Below, piece after piece: positions 1 to 9,540 of a stretch of DNA of 60,948 nucleotides. The DNA is taken from NCBI GenBank assembly GCA_011065065.1, contig JAAKFL010000001.1:1-60948 (forward strand). Reading direction: 5' to 3'. Position 1 is the first letter of the stretch; each line of letters starts with the position of its first letter. Source of the stretch: Chlamydiota bacterium. Lineage in GTDB: Bacteria > Chlamydiota > Chlamydiia > Chlamydiales > SLFE01. The position numbers and the translations under genes are program-made. The notes under the pieces are model-generated. The model saw only the letters and a list, made by a program, of their open reading frames with translations. It made no database searches and was not told the DNA's origin.

Positions 1-11
1 AAATAATGAGA

Positions 12-44
12 TTCTCTCTGAGTTCTCTGCGACCTCTGTGGTGA
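12..44 (-). repeat. CACAGAG-type repeat module, reverse orientation
   Basis: ttctctctgagttctctgcgacctctgtggtga is the reverse complement of the caccacagagNcacagag module also seen at 3448, 13941, 37291 and 59080. Confidence 0.6.
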
Positions 45-193
45 TTTATATGCAAAAGTCTACGAGAAACCTATTTTCATGTAATTGATAATCAAAAAGA
101 TATGGTTCAGCGGGAACTTCTGTGCTTGGTGTAGCACAATCAATGATTGCGTGTATTGATAGCAGAAATTAACAATAGTAAGGAAGACATCTT

Positions 194-748
194 ATGTTAA
201 AAACCCTAATCACATTCATGCGTCACGGACATGCCATCGATGGAAAAGCTGATAAAATACGACCATTAAGCACTAAAGGCAGATTGCAGGTAAAACAATG
301 CGCGTTGCATTTAAAAACGCAGCCTCTTTTTGATCTCATTATTACCTCCTCGGCTGTAAGAGCAAAAGAAACTGCTCAAATTATTGTGGATGAAATAGAG
401 ACTCTTGCACCGGTCATTGAACGAGATGAACTTTATCAACCACCAAACTTAGATGATCAAGAGCTTGTTAATGAATTGTTAGAGAGATTAGGAGCGGTAC
501 CATTAAAAGTTTATAATAATCACGATGCTCAAGGTGCATGGGATAGATATTCTTCCTCTGCCTATAATGCTGTATGTGCAGAGATTGAGCGCCATTCCTC
601 TAAAAAAACATTAATAGTTGCTCACGGTAATATTATCAATGCCATTGGGTTGCGATTTTCTAAAAATGTTGAGGATTTGACTGAAATTTATTTCAATTAC
701 TGTGGAGGATTTGAAATTTACGAGGACAAATTTATACTCTTGCCATAA
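194..748 (+). CDS. histidine phosphatase superfamily protein (SixA/PGAM-like)
   Basis: 184-aa ORF with the N-terminal catalytic RHG motif (FMRHGHA) and a later AHGN motif. Confidence 0.7.
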   Translation: MLKTLITFMRHGHAIDGKADKIRPLSTKGRLQVKQCALHLKTQPLFDLIITSSAVRAKETAQIIVDEIETLAPVIERDELYQPPNLDDQELVNELLERLGAVPLKVYNNHDAQGAWDRYSSSAYNAVCAEIERHSSKKTLIVAHGNIINAIGLRFSKNVEDLTEIYFNYCGGFEIYEDKFILLP

Positions 749-820
749 AAATGGCATTTATCTCTTTGCTTAAGCTGCTTAAGAGGTTATGCAAGAGCTC
801 TATTGTATATTTTTTTCTGA

Positions 821-869
821 TGATCACCATGAATTAGTCCAATCTTCGCGCATCTTCGCGGTTTAATTT
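821..869 (-). repeat. CGCGAAGA-type repeat module with conserved flank, reverse orientation
   Basis: tgatcaccatgaattagtccaatcttcgcgcatcttcgcggtttaatt aligns by eye to the reverse complement of 19098-19165. Confidence 0.65.
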
Positions 870-972
870 CTACGATATCTTAAAAATTATTCGATAAATG
901 AGATAGGTTCATCTGCGCTGTGTCTAATATTTCTTGATAAAATTATCTAAATCTGTCATTATGGTCACTCAT

Positions 973-1046
973 GCACTGGTAGCTCAGCTGGATAGAGTAC
1001 GTGGCTACGGACCACGAGGTCAGGGGTTCGAATCCTCTCCAGTGCG
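973..1046 (+). tRNA. tRNA-Arg (anticodon ACG)
   Basis: Cloverleaf read by hand: acceptor GCACTGG/CCAGTGC, D arm GCTC..GAGT, anticodon stem CGTGG/CCACG with loop CTACGGA, T arm AGGGG-TTCGAAT-CCTCT. No encoded CCA. Confidence 0.9.
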
Positions 1047-1063
1047 AAACTTCAATAGAGTCT

Positions 1064-1699
1064 ATGATTATCAAAGCCATTCTTTCAGGTCCGTTTGAGA
1101 CTAACGCCTATGTCATTGGATGCCCTGCTACAAAAGAAGCAGCTATCGTGGATCCTGCGCCCGAGTCAACAAGTGCTGTGGTTGCGTTTCTTAAAAAAGA
1201 AAATTTGAAACCAATAAAAATTTTATTGACCCATACTCATTGGGATCACATTGCTGATATCCCAATACTGAGAAACGAATACGATCTCCCGATCTACGTG
1301 CATGAACGTGATGCCCAAAATCTCCGTCAACCAGGCTCCGATGGGCTGCCGCTGTTTGGGGCGATGGAGTCCATAGAGCCCGAACATTTGTTGAAAGAGG
1401 GTGACCAGGTTTCCGTTGGGGATCTTAATTTTCGGGTGATACATACTCCGGGCCATACCCCCGGTGGAATTTGTTTTTACGAGGAAAATAAAGGGATTCT
1501 GATCAGTGGCGACACACTTTTCAAAGGGACGATTGGCAACCTATCATTTCCTACCGCAAGTCCTGATGACATGTGGGACTCGCTAAAGAAATTGAATGAT
1601 TTGCCACCTGAGACAAAAATTTATCCAGGACATGGTCTTGAAACAACTATCGAAGAAGAATCTTGGTTGCCAAATGCTAAACAGTATTTTGGTGGTTGA
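1064..1699 (+). CDS. MBL-fold metallo-hydrolase (glyoxalase II-like)
   Basis: HTHWDH metal-binding motif and a later HTPGHTPG. Start moved to the ATG at 1064 because the ORF-track start at 1001 lies inside the tRNA. Confidence 0.85.
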   Translation: MIIKAILSGPFETNAYVIGCPATKEAAIVDPAPESTSAVVAFLKKENLKPIKILLTHTHWDHIADIPILRNEYDLPIYVHERDAQNLRQPGSDGLPLFGAMESIEPEHLLKEGDQVSVGDLNFRVIHTPGHTPGGICFYEENKGILISGDTLFKGTIGNLSFPTASPDDMWDSLKKLNDLPPETKIYPGHGLETTIEEESWLPNAKQYFGG

Positions 1700-1717
1700 T
1701 AAAGAGGAGAAAATATT

Positions 1718-2308
1718 ATGGTATTAGTCGGTAAAAAAGCCCCGGAATTCACCGCAAAAGCGGTCATCAAAGATAAAATTGTGGATGATTTTTCCCTTTC
1801 ATCATTGAAGGGAAAATACGTGATCTTATTTTTCTATCCACTTGATTTCACATTTGTTTGCCCAACAGAACTTCACGCCTTTCAAGAAAGGCTTGAAGAC
1901 TTTAAACAACGCGGAGCAGAAGTTGTCGGTTGTTCTGTGGACAGTCCTTATTCACACCTAGCCTGGTTGGAGACTCCAAAGTCAAAAGGAGGGATTGAAG
2001 GAATCGAGTACCCAATTCTCTCTGATCTGAAAAAAGACATTTCTGAAAACTACGGCGTTCTCATTCCTCACGAAGGAATTGCCTACCGCGGATTATTCCT
2101 CATCGATAAAGAAGGGACTGTTCGTCACCAAGTTGTGAATGACCTTCCCATTGGCAGATCTGTTGACGAAGCTTTGAGAACATTGGAAGCTTTGATCTTT
2201 TATGAGCAAAATGGTGAAGTCTGCCCCGCTAACTGGGAAAAGGGAAAAAAATCTATGAAACCTGATAGCTCAGGATTGAAAAAATATTTTGCAGGAGCTG
2301 CTCAGTAA
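1718..2308 (+). CDS. ahpC: 2-Cys peroxiredoxin (AhpC/Tsa family)
   Basis: Peroxidatic FTFVCPTE motif and resolving EVCPANW motif; GGAG Shine-Dalgarno upstream. Confidence 0.9.
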   Translation: MVLVGKKAPEFTAKAVIKDKIVDDFSLSSLKGKYVILFFYPLDFTFVCPTELHAFQERLEDFKQRGAEVVGCSVDSPYSHLAWLETPKSKGGIEGIEYPILSDLKKDISENYGVLIPHEGIAYRGLFLIDKEGTVRHQVVNDLPIGRSVDEALRTLEALIFYEQNGEVCPANWEKGKKSMKPDSSGLKKYFAGAAQ

Positions 2309-2310
2309 AT

Positions 2311-2703
2311 TTAAGCAGCATCCGTCAGATAATCATAGAAATCAGATTCGCTCATGATTAGGATGCTGCGGTGATTGACACATAGCGAAGAAACTGACTC
2401 AATGACCTCACAATTACCAACACCTGGGATACAAATTGCACTCAATCGAGATTCTAAAGGTCTTTGTTCAAGCTGCCAAAAACCTTCATAATAATCTTGA
2501 TAACTGTATCCCTCTTCCTTCACACGGAAAAAAATTAGATAAAAATCATGAAGCAACGCCTGAACGGCAAAATGAATCCCCTCACTGTCAGGGGCCGGCT
2601 GTCCCAAATTCTCATATAGCTGATGCATGGAACGACAATAATAAGGTATACGATAATCACCTCTCTCAGATTCACCAAATAATACAATTGTATCCGTACT
2701 CAT
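2311..2703 (-). CDS. hypothetical protein
   Basis: 130-aa ORF convergent with ahpC; no motif recognised. Confidence 0.55.
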   Translation of the reverse strand: MSTDTIVLFGESERGDYRIPYYCRSMHQLYENLGQPAPDSEGIHFAVQALLHDFYLIFFRVKEEGYSYQDYYEGFWQLEQRPLESRLSAICIPGVGNCEVIESVSSLCVNHRSILIMSESDFYDYLTDAA

Positions 2704-2801
2704 GGCCTTATCTCCCTTTATTCAGGTCATGCTTGTATTATAACAATTATTTTTATATATTTCAAACTATAAGAATATAAGGGGTTTAATAGCAATTACT
2801 T

Positions 2802-3422
2802 ATGCACTATATTATTGATGGATATAACCTTCTATTCCGCTTGATTCAGAGTCGTGAAAATTTGGAAATCTCTCGAAGAAGTTTCATTCAGGATTTGGAC
2901 GAGAAAGCCGAGTTATTGAAGTTGGATATTACCGTTGTATTTGACGGGCATTTTCAGGAAGACGAGGGAACACGGACTCATTATCGCAATCTTGAGATTA
3001 TTTTTAGTTCGTATGGTGAGTCGGCGGATGAGTTGATCGTATCTGAGCTTTCATCGAGTTTGGATGTCAGGAATGAAGTGGTGGTGACATCGGATCGTGA
3101 TTTAGCGTGGCGAGCGAAGAAGTTGCATGCCAAAACGGAGAGTACGGAAACATTTTATACATGGGTATTGGAACGTTTTAAGAAGCGTCAACGGAAGCAG
3201 AAGAAGGAGTCAGTTTCCAGAAAAGTGAAAGTGCCAGAACCGTCGCCTGAAGTTGTGGGGAGTCGAGAAGACACTGATTATTATCTGGAAGTTTTTGAGA
3301 AGAGATTAAAAGAAGAAGAAAAAAAACACATACCACGTCAGCGGAAGAAAAGCCAAGAAGAAGATGAGGTGGATGATTTTAAGCGTTGGTTGAGGATTTT
3401 TGAGAAGAGGCTTGAGGAGTAG
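2802..3422 (+). CDS. NYN/YacP-like (PIN-like) ribonuclease domain protein with a Lys/Glu-rich tail
   Basis: The N-terminus MHYIIDGYNLLF and the later VTSDRDL motif are typical of YacP/Rae1-type NYN domains. Confidence 0.65.
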   Translation: MHYIIDGYNLLFRLIQSRENLEISRRSFIQDLDEKAELLKLDITVVFDGHFQEDEGTRTHYRNLEIIFSSYGESADELIVSELSSSLDVRNEVVVTSDRDLAWRAKKLHAKTESTETFYTWVLERFKKRQRKQKKESVSRKVKVPEPSPEVVGSREDTDYYLEVFEKRLKEEEKKHIPRQRKKSQEEDEVDDFKRWLRIFEKRLEE

Positions 3423-3444
3423 GTTATGAGAACAAAACCGGATA

Positions 3445-3533
3445 TTTTTTTTTACCACAGAGACACAGAGGCACAGAGAAGAGTAATCAAAAAAAATTGT
3501 TTCTCCTATCTCTGTGTCTCTGTGGTAAAAAAT
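3445..3533. repeat. CACAGAG-type inverted pair (hairpin) between convergent genes
   Basis: Arms ttttttaccacagagacacagag (3448-3470) and ctctgtgtctctgtggtaaaaaa (3510-3532) are exact reverse complements. U-rich flanks on both strands fit a bidirectional terminator. Confidence 0.75.
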
Positions 3534-3542
3534 TATCTGGGT

Positions 3543-3995
3543 TTATTTGAGGATGCTGACACTGCGATTAAGCATCATTTCCAGAAGGTTCTGAACTTCA
3601 GCTTTTCCTTGCTCGGCCTCGTCTAAATTGCGTTTGATGGTCATTATTTTATCGACTAGATCGGGACATAAGGTGATTTTACGAACATTTCTGGCATTTT
3701 CATGTTCTTCGAAACTACTTGGAAGCATTTGGCGTAATTCTTCTAACTCTTTTTGGCTTAAGCCGGGAGCGGGTCTAAATCTGGTCACACGTTCTTGTAT
3801 TCGGGATCCATCGCTACTGAAAATATTGACAGATTTTTTGCCAAAAATATCTGCAGCGTTATTGAAGGCGAGATTCTCAGAGGGAATATAGATTTCTTTG
3901 ATCCAGCTAGAAGAGTCACGAATAGGATCACGGGAAATTTTGACTTCATATTGAAAAGCTTTAATAAGACAAGATTCGGATTTCATAGGTTCCAT
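3543..3995 (-). CDS. hypothetical protein
   Basis: 150-aa ORF; no motif recognised. Confidence 0.55.
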   Translation of the reverse strand: MEPMKSESCLIKAFQYEVKISRDPIRDSSSWIKEIYIPSENLAFNNAADIFGKKSVNIFSSDGSRIQERVTRFRPAPGLSQKELEELRQMLPSSFEEHENARNVRKITLCPDLVDKIMTIKRNLDEAEQGKAEVQNLLEMMLNRSVSILK

Positions 3996-4122
3996 TTTTC
4001 CTCCTTATGTTTGATATTTAGTGTATCGGAAAAATACTAATTTATCAAGGGAGGTTTTGTTATTGCGTGATCTAAAGAGTCTTTCTGTGGTAAAATAGGA
4101 TTTAATCAACGGAGGTATTTTT

Positions 4123-4380
4123 ATGATTATGAAAGTTCCAGGTGGTCTTGTTATTCCAAGAGGTGATATTGAATCCTACAGAAATCAGCAAGAAGATTCC
4201 AAAGTCAGTCTCGACGATATCGAAAGTCGCATGTTGTTTCAAGATTACGTTGATTCTTGTACTTGTTCTGATTCTTTTTTTATTTGTATTCAAGGAGTTG
4301 GAGATTATGTTTCTGGCTGTGTGTCAGAACTTTATGAAGATTTGTTTGGGGAGAATGATTCTAGGGAGAAATACACTTAA
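4123..4380 (+). CDS. small acidic Cys-containing hypothetical protein
   Basis: GGAGG sits 9 nt upstream of the ATG. The stop overlaps the next start (TAATG), which suggests translational coupling. Confidence 0.45.
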   Translation: MIMKVPGGLVIPRGDIESYRNQQEDSKVSLDDIESRMLFQDYVDSCTCSDSFFICIQGVGDYVSGCVSELYEDLFGENDSREKYT

Positions 4381-5705
4381 TGACTCTTACAGATGTTCAA
4401 CCACAACTACTTGAGAATTGGAGTTCTTTACCAAAAGAGGAACAGTCTCAACTGACTCAACAAATTCGTGCCATTGATCTTGAGATTTTCAAGAAATTAC
4501 AAGACGCTCTTCATGAAGAGAAAAAACTTCACGAAGACTACGCACCGCTTAAAAAATATCTCACTTCTGGTTCAGACGAGAACACTCAAGTGGGAAAAGA
4601 TTTGATTGCTCAGGGAAAAGTAGGCTGTATCATTATGGCAGGGGGGATGGGAACTCGACTGCATTTTGAGGGTTCAAAAGGGATGTTTCCGATCACTCAA
4701 TTTCGTCAAAAATCTCTTTTCCAGTACTTCTCAGATCGTATTCGTGCTGCCAGCAAGATGTATCAAAAAGATCTTCCTGTTACGATCATGACATCTTCTT
4801 TGAATGACAAACAAACTCGAAAATTCTTCAAAGATCACGAATATTTTGGTTTAAATCCCGAACAACTTTCTTTTTATGTTCAAGGGGACCTTCCCTTTCT
4901 TGATCAACAAGGAAATTTATTTTTCGATTCTCAAGCTCACATTGCAGAGGGACCTGATGGGAATGGCGAGTTGCTTCACCATTTTTATCATTCAGGTTTG
5001 TGGAAACGTTGGAAAGAGCAGGGAGTTGAATATGTGAATATTATTCTCATCGATAACCCACTAGCAGATCCCTTTGATCCAGAATTAGTCGGGACGCACA
5101 AGCAAGAACAATGTGACATATTAGTGAAGGGAATCAAAAGAGAAGACCCGAAAGAAAAACTTGGAGTTCTCGTGCGAATTCATGACAAAGTTCACATTGT
5201 CGAGTACTCTGAACTTCCTGAAAAAGATATGGAAGCAACACTTTCGAATGGTGATCTTAAGTTTCCCTGTGGAAACCTCAGTCTCTTTTCAGTCAAAATG
5301 GATTTTTTTGAAAAAATCAAAAGCACTGATTTACCTCTCCATAAAGCTTTTAAAGCTCTTTCCTATTTGGATGTGAATGGAAAAAGGGTGAAACCAACAG
5401 AACCAAATGCTTGGAAATTTGAAAAGTTTATCTTTGACATCTTTCCTCATGGAACCGTCGAAGTGATGGTGTATCCGAGGGAGGAGTGTTTTTCTCCGTT
5501 GAAAAGAAGGGAAGGGGCAGATAGCCCAGAAACTGTGATGAGGGATTTACAGGAATTTGATCGAAGGACTTATCACGCGATCAGTGGGCTGGAGCCCCCC
5601 TCTCGTCCTTTTGAATTAGATCCTCAATTTTATTATCCTACAGAAGATATGCGCAAGAAGTGGGAGGGGAAGGCATTGCCAGAGGGTGATTACATCCTTC
5701 CGTAA
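4380..5705 (+). CDS. UDP-sugar / UDP-N-acetylglucosamine pyrophosphorylase, eukaryotic UDPGP type
   Basis: AGGMGTRL nucleotide-binding motif and overall UDPGP-family layout (441 aa). Confidence 0.8.
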   Translation: MTLTDVQPQLLENWSSLPKEEQSQLTQQIRAIDLEIFKKLQDALHEEKKLHEDYAPLKKYLTSGSDENTQVGKDLIAQGKVGCIIMAGGMGTRLHFEGSKGMFPITQFRQKSLFQYFSDRIRAASKMYQKDLPVTIMTSSLNDKQTRKFFKDHEYFGLNPEQLSFYVQGDLPFLDQQGNLFFDSQAHIAEGPDGNGELLHHFYHSGLWKRWKEQGVEYVNIILIDNPLADPFDPELVGTHKQEQCDILVKGIKREDPKEKLGVLVRIHDKVHIVEYSELPEKDMEATLSNGDLKFPCGNLSLFSVKMDFFEKIKSTDLPLHKAFKALSYLDVNGKRVKPTEPNAWKFEKFIFDIFPHGTVEVMVYPREECFSPLKRREGADSPETVMRDLQEFDRRTYHAISGLEPPSRPFELDPQFYYPTEDMRKKWEGKALPEGDYILP

Positions 5706-5830
5706 TTTTAACGCAAAGATGCAAAAGTCGCAAAGACGCAAAGAGTTTTCAAGTGTTATTTGGACCAACGGTCCATGCGCTTTTTAGACGCAGATAGCAC
5801 AGATGAGTGCAGATGGATTAAACATTCACC
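5706..5830 (+). repeat. composite repeat: TTTTAAC-GCAAAGA module + TGGACC-N3-GGTCCA palindrome + GCAGAT module
   Basis: Begins directly after the stop codon. It is the inverted partner of 7187-7327. Confidence 0.8.
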
Positions 5831-6149
5831 ATTCGGTTGTTAGAGCGTGTACTTGCTCTTTTTTGTGTTATTTCTCCACTAACTGCTTTAGCTATAATTT
5901 CACTTTTCAAAAGTTCTTTTTTAATCATTTTTATAATCTCCATAGGCGCTCCCATTTTTCAAAAGAGAACCGAAGATTATAACATAAGGATGACATTTCA
6001 ACTTAGTTTTATAGGTGACATTATCACGTTGCGTTTACACTGGTATTTTCTTTCTTGAAAAAAAAAGAAAAAACAGCTAACCTATTTAGGTTATTTCACA
6101 TGAGATCTAAGAATAAATGTAAACCGTTTTTGCATATAAAGGAAGTTTT

Positions 6150-7178
6150 ATGGACATTCAATCACCTTCATCTGGATTTTTTGAACTAATACCTCACGAA
6201 GTAACCGTATCCATTTTTCAAAATCTTGACCCTTCTTACCGAGGCACACTTTCCTGTGTTTGCAAAGTCTGGAACGAAATTGTGAATAATCAGTCCTTAT
6301 GCCGGAATTGGAAAAAGAACTATATGGTTCAAGGTGAAGGAATCTGCTGTAAGGTCGAAGATTATACGGGATTGGTTCATATCGAGGTAGGTAGGAAAGA
6401 TAGTAGTGTATCTAATACTTGGGTTTATGGTAGAGGATATAACCTATTTGAACGGGTTCCCGTTTTGAAAGTGAAAATTGGATCTCACGTTTTGTGCTCC
6501 GATCGAAAACATGCATTACCATCTGATGGTATTACCACAGAAGGTAGTGAATTCGTTTATTACAGATATAGTGATAGTTTGCGGTTCAAATTAATAGCTC
6601 CTCAAACTATTGAAATTTATTCACATGATACTTTTGACGATCAGGAATCCAGGGTTTATGTGGATACATCTGCGGATTATCGTTATTTGGTGCATAAAAC
6701 ATTAGACCTTTTCCCAATTAATGTTGAAGAGGGAATTTCTTACTTTGTCTGCGACTTTATTCCAAGGGAAATTTCCGAAAGTGAAGCTCAGGAGAGATTT
6801 GACGTTTTTGTGGCGGATGTTTCTTTATCTGAATACCGGTGTATTTATAACCGTTTTGGCCTAGTTGTGGAAAATATTGGTGAAAAAGGGTATCAAATGT
6901 TTTTATCACGGCCCAGTGATGAATCCTTTGAAGAAATTAAAATCGATCCCAAATTTTTGCCCTATTCAAAAGAAAGTATACGTCATATTACTACGAAGAA
7001 TGTGACGTTTTCAGGGTTAGATTATGGTTATTATGAAGGAGGTTCTTTTAAATTAATTGTTGTCAATTATGCGTCTGAAGAGAGTGATAAGGAGATTATA
7101 GTTCACTTAGAAGGAGAGGAAGCGACAACCCTTGTGCAAACCAAAGGATTTACAGTTCCCTATCGTATCATAAAATGA
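6150..7178 (+). CDS. F-box domain protein
   Basis: aa 13-54, LIPHEVTVSIFQNLDPSYRGTLSCVCKVWNEIVNNQSLCRNW, fits the F-box consensus (LPxE..I...L....L..L..VCK.W..L). The C-terminal 290 aa are unassigned. Confidence 0.85.
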   Translation: MDIQSPSSGFFELIPHEVTVSIFQNLDPSYRGTLSCVCKVWNEIVNNQSLCRNWKKNYMVQGEGICCKVEDYTGLVHIEVGRKDSSVSNTWVYGRGYNLFERVPVLKVKIGSHVLCSDRKHALPSDGITTEGSEFVYYRYSDSLRFKLIAPQTIEIYSHDTFDDQESRVYVDTSADYRYLVHKTLDLFPINVEEGISYFVCDFIPREISESEAQERFDVFVADVSLSEYRCIYNRFGLVVENIGEKGYQMFLSRPSDESFEEIKIDPKFLPYSKESIRHITTKNVTFSGLDYGYYEGGSFKLIVVNYASEESDKEIIVHLEGEEATTLVQTKGFTVPYRIIK

Positions 7179-7186
7179 TCGCGAGG

Positions 7187-7327
7187 TTTTAGACGCAGAT
7201 GGATTGAGTCTTCATGAAGGTTCAATCCATCTGCGCTCATCTGTGTTATCTGCATCTAAAAAGCGTATGGACTGTTGGTCCAAATAACCCTTTGCGTCTT
7301 TGCGACTTTTGCATCTTTGCGTTAAAA
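7187..7327 (-). repeat. composite repeat: GCAGAT hairpin + TGGAC-N5-GTCCA palindrome + GCAAAGA module, reverse orientation
   Basis: Its reverse complement aligns to 5706-5817 over about 100 nt with about 5 substitutions and one 10-nt indel (hand alignment). Confidence 0.8.
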
Positions 7328-7337
7328 GTTCAAAAGT

Positions 7338-8294
7338 TCAAAAGTCACCCGGATTAAGAGGCGGCAACACCGTGACAAATGAAAGCTCTTCTACATTCTC
7401 CACCGTCGGAACAGCTTCGATTTCGTAATAATAATCCCCTTCGCGAAGCATCTGTATTTTCGTCACGATGCCCACCTTCAGCCCCTTTGGGAAAACTCCG
7501 TCCATCCCTGTCGTCACAAGAAGATCCCCAGCCTTTAAGATAGGCATATCCGATCTTAATTCTCGTTCAGGACCATATTTATCTTCATAATCATAATTGA
7601 AACCCTCTCCAATCAACAGATGCCCGCGAGATCTCCATAACACATTGGCACTCCCATGAACCTCTCCCTTTGCAAGGTAAAGTGTTTGCCCCTCGACCTC
7701 TCGCAGGGCGCGAACTGAAGGAGTGAGTTCAGGATCTGTGATCAGCCTGATGCGAGATTTATGTTCTTTCACAAGCTCCACAACCCCCACAATGGAATCT
7801 CCCACCACCACAGGACTGTTTTTGGCAATGACTGGACGTCCTAATTTTTTGTTCTCATTTTCTCCGACATTGATCCAAAGAGTGCTGTTCCAAGAAGTGG
7901 GAGATCGGTAAATCACTTTTGCCGGACAAGAGCATAGTTCGAGATCAAACAGGGTGTAGGCCTCTTTTTGATTCCTTTCAAGATTCTCTACTGTTTCTAA
8001 AGTTAATCCTGTTTGGGCAATCATCTCTGTGGCTGTAACCTGCAGCTCATGTTCCCAAATAAAAAGCGCTTTGATCTCTTCGAGCTTGCTTTTCAGGAGA
8101 GTATTTTCAAGCTCAAGGCTTTCGATTTTCTGTGCTATACTTTGGTCTTGTTGGTATTGGATTTTTTTCCAAAGGGGAGAGAGCATTCCCACCATGACAC
8201 TCTGAAATTTTTGTGATGTGGAAGCAGAGACACTTAAAAGAAGAACAAGGGTGAGGGCAATCAGAAGCCAAGGACGTTTTTTAATTTTTTTCAT
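7338..8294 (-). CDS. mreC: rod shape-determining protein MreC
   Basis: N-terminal TM segment, a coiled-coil region, and a C-terminal beta domain with TTGMDGVFPKGLKVG. Overlaps the aspC stop by 4 nt. Confidence 0.75.
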   Translation of the reverse strand: MKKIKKRPWLLIALTLVLLLSVSASTSQKFQSVMVGMLSPLWKKIQYQQDQSIAQKIESLELENTLLKSKLEEIKALFIWEHELQVTATEMIAQTGLTLETVENLERNQKEAYTLFDLELCSCPAKVIYRSPTSWNSTLWINVGENENKKLGRPVIAKNSPVVVGDSIVGVVELVKEHKSRIRLITDPELTPSVRALREVEGQTLYLAKGEVHGSANVLWRSRGHLLIGEGFNYDYEDKYGPERELRSDMPILKAGDLLVTTGMDGVFPKGLKVGIVTKIQMLREGDYYYEIEAVPTVENVEELSFVTVLPPLNPGDF

Positions 8295-9475
8295 AGCACT
8301 TCGTTGAACGCCTCAGCAACTGTTTTCACATTTTTTGAAGTCACTCCCGCGATGTTCATTCTCCCATTCGAAGGCATGTAGATTCCATGTTCAGCACGCA
8401 ACAAACTCACCTGTTCGCGGTTGAGTCCCGTCATTGAGAACAATCCCCGTTGGTTTTGAATAAACGAAAAGTCGATAGAACTTTTGGTAGAATAGAGTTC
8501 CGCAACCAAAGCTTTACGCATTTCAATGATGCGATCACGCATATTCACAAGCTCCTCTTTCCATTCCAATGTTAATTCCGGAGACTGTAAGATAGTTTTC
8601 ACTATTCGGGCTCCGTGGGCCGGAGGAGAAGAATAAATCCCCCGGACAGTAGATTTGATTTGTGAGGCTAACTTCTTTACCGTATCTGCAGAATCGACAA
8701 AGAACGCCAAAAGCCCGATTCTTTCTCCATATAAACCAAAATTTTTAGAATGAGAAATTGTCAAAGCCATTTCATGCCCCTCATCAGCGAAATGGCGAAT
8801 CACCGCCGCATCCTGATCAAGTCCCCCACTAAATCCCTGATAAGCCATGTCAAAAATGGGAAAAAGTCCTTTTTCCTTCACCAGTGTGGAGATGATTTTC
8901 CACTGGTCGAAAGTAGGATCTATCCCAGTCGGATTGTGGCAACAAGCATGAAAGAGGATGAGGTCCCCATTTTTCATCATTTTGATGGCATCACACATCT
9001 CTTCAAAATCAAGTGTATGGTTGTGAGAGTAAGGGTAATGACCCAGTTCAAAGCCGCAACGTGAGAAAATATGGCGGTGGTTTGACCATGACGGGTGCGA
9101 CAGATAGAGGGTAGAGTTAGGGAATTGTTCTTTAAGAAAATCGCCAGCAATTTTGAGCGCTCCAGACCCCCCAACAGTCTGGGACGCATAGACTCGAGAC
9201 CTGTGGGGTGAATCTTCCCCCATTGCCAATTTAAGAGATTCTTCAATAAATCCCGGATCACCATCCATAGGAAGATATTCGTTATTTAGATTTTGTTCTA
9301 GAAGACGGACTTCCGCCTTTTGAACGCTGGTCAGGACAAGGGGATGACCCTCGGCATCGCGATATGCCCCGACCCCTAAGTTCACCTTGTTAGGGCGCTG
9401 ATCAGCAGCGAATAACGGGGGAATACACAGTATTGGGTCTTCGGGAATGAGTTCAGTATTTTTAAAATAAGTCAT
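8291..9475 (-). CDS. aspC: aspartate/aromatic amino acid aminotransferase (class I)
   Basis: NLGVGAYRD near the N-terminus and the PLP-lysine motif SHSKNFGLYGERIG. Confidence 0.9.
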   Translation of the reverse strand: MTYFKNTELIPEDPILCIPPLFAADQRPNKVNLGVGAYRDAEGHPLVLTSVQKAEVRLLEQNLNNEYLPMDGDPGFIEESLKLAMGEDSPHRSRVYASQTVGGSGALKIAGDFLKEQFPNSTLYLSHPSWSNHRHIFSRCGFELGHYPYSHNHTLDFEEMCDAIKMMKNGDLILFHACCHNPTGIDPTFDQWKIISTLVKEKGLFPIFDMAYQGFSGGLDQDAAVIRHFADEGHEMALTISHSKNFGLYGERIGLLAFFVDSADTVKKLASQIKSTVRGIYSSPPAHGARIVKTILQSPELTLEWKEELVNMRDRIIEMRKALVAELYSTKSSIDFSFIQNQRGLFSMTGLNREQVSLLRAEHGIYMPSNGRMNIAGVTSKNVKTVAEAFNEVL

Positions 9476-9540
9476 AGACCTCCAGATGAGTCGAAATCAT
9501 TCAAAATTGTAATATAAAGAGTCTTTTTTTAAAACTCGCC

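Noticed and set aside
973-1046. tRNA-Arg as an integration hotspot for a genomic island
   Set aside because: There is no integrase, no direct repeat of the tRNA 3' end and no obvious foreign genes on either side. The neighbours are ordinary housekeeping genes.
1001-1063. N-terminal extension of the MBL-hydrolase ORF
   Set aside because: These codons are the 3' half of tRNA-Arg read in frame. The real start is the ATG at 1064.
5837-6058. 73-aa hydrophobic ORF upstream of the first F-box gene
   Set aside because: It has a TTG start with no RBS, begins inside the repeat flank, and its T-rich sequence gives artificial hydrophobicity. It may be a remnant, but it is not supportable as a gene.
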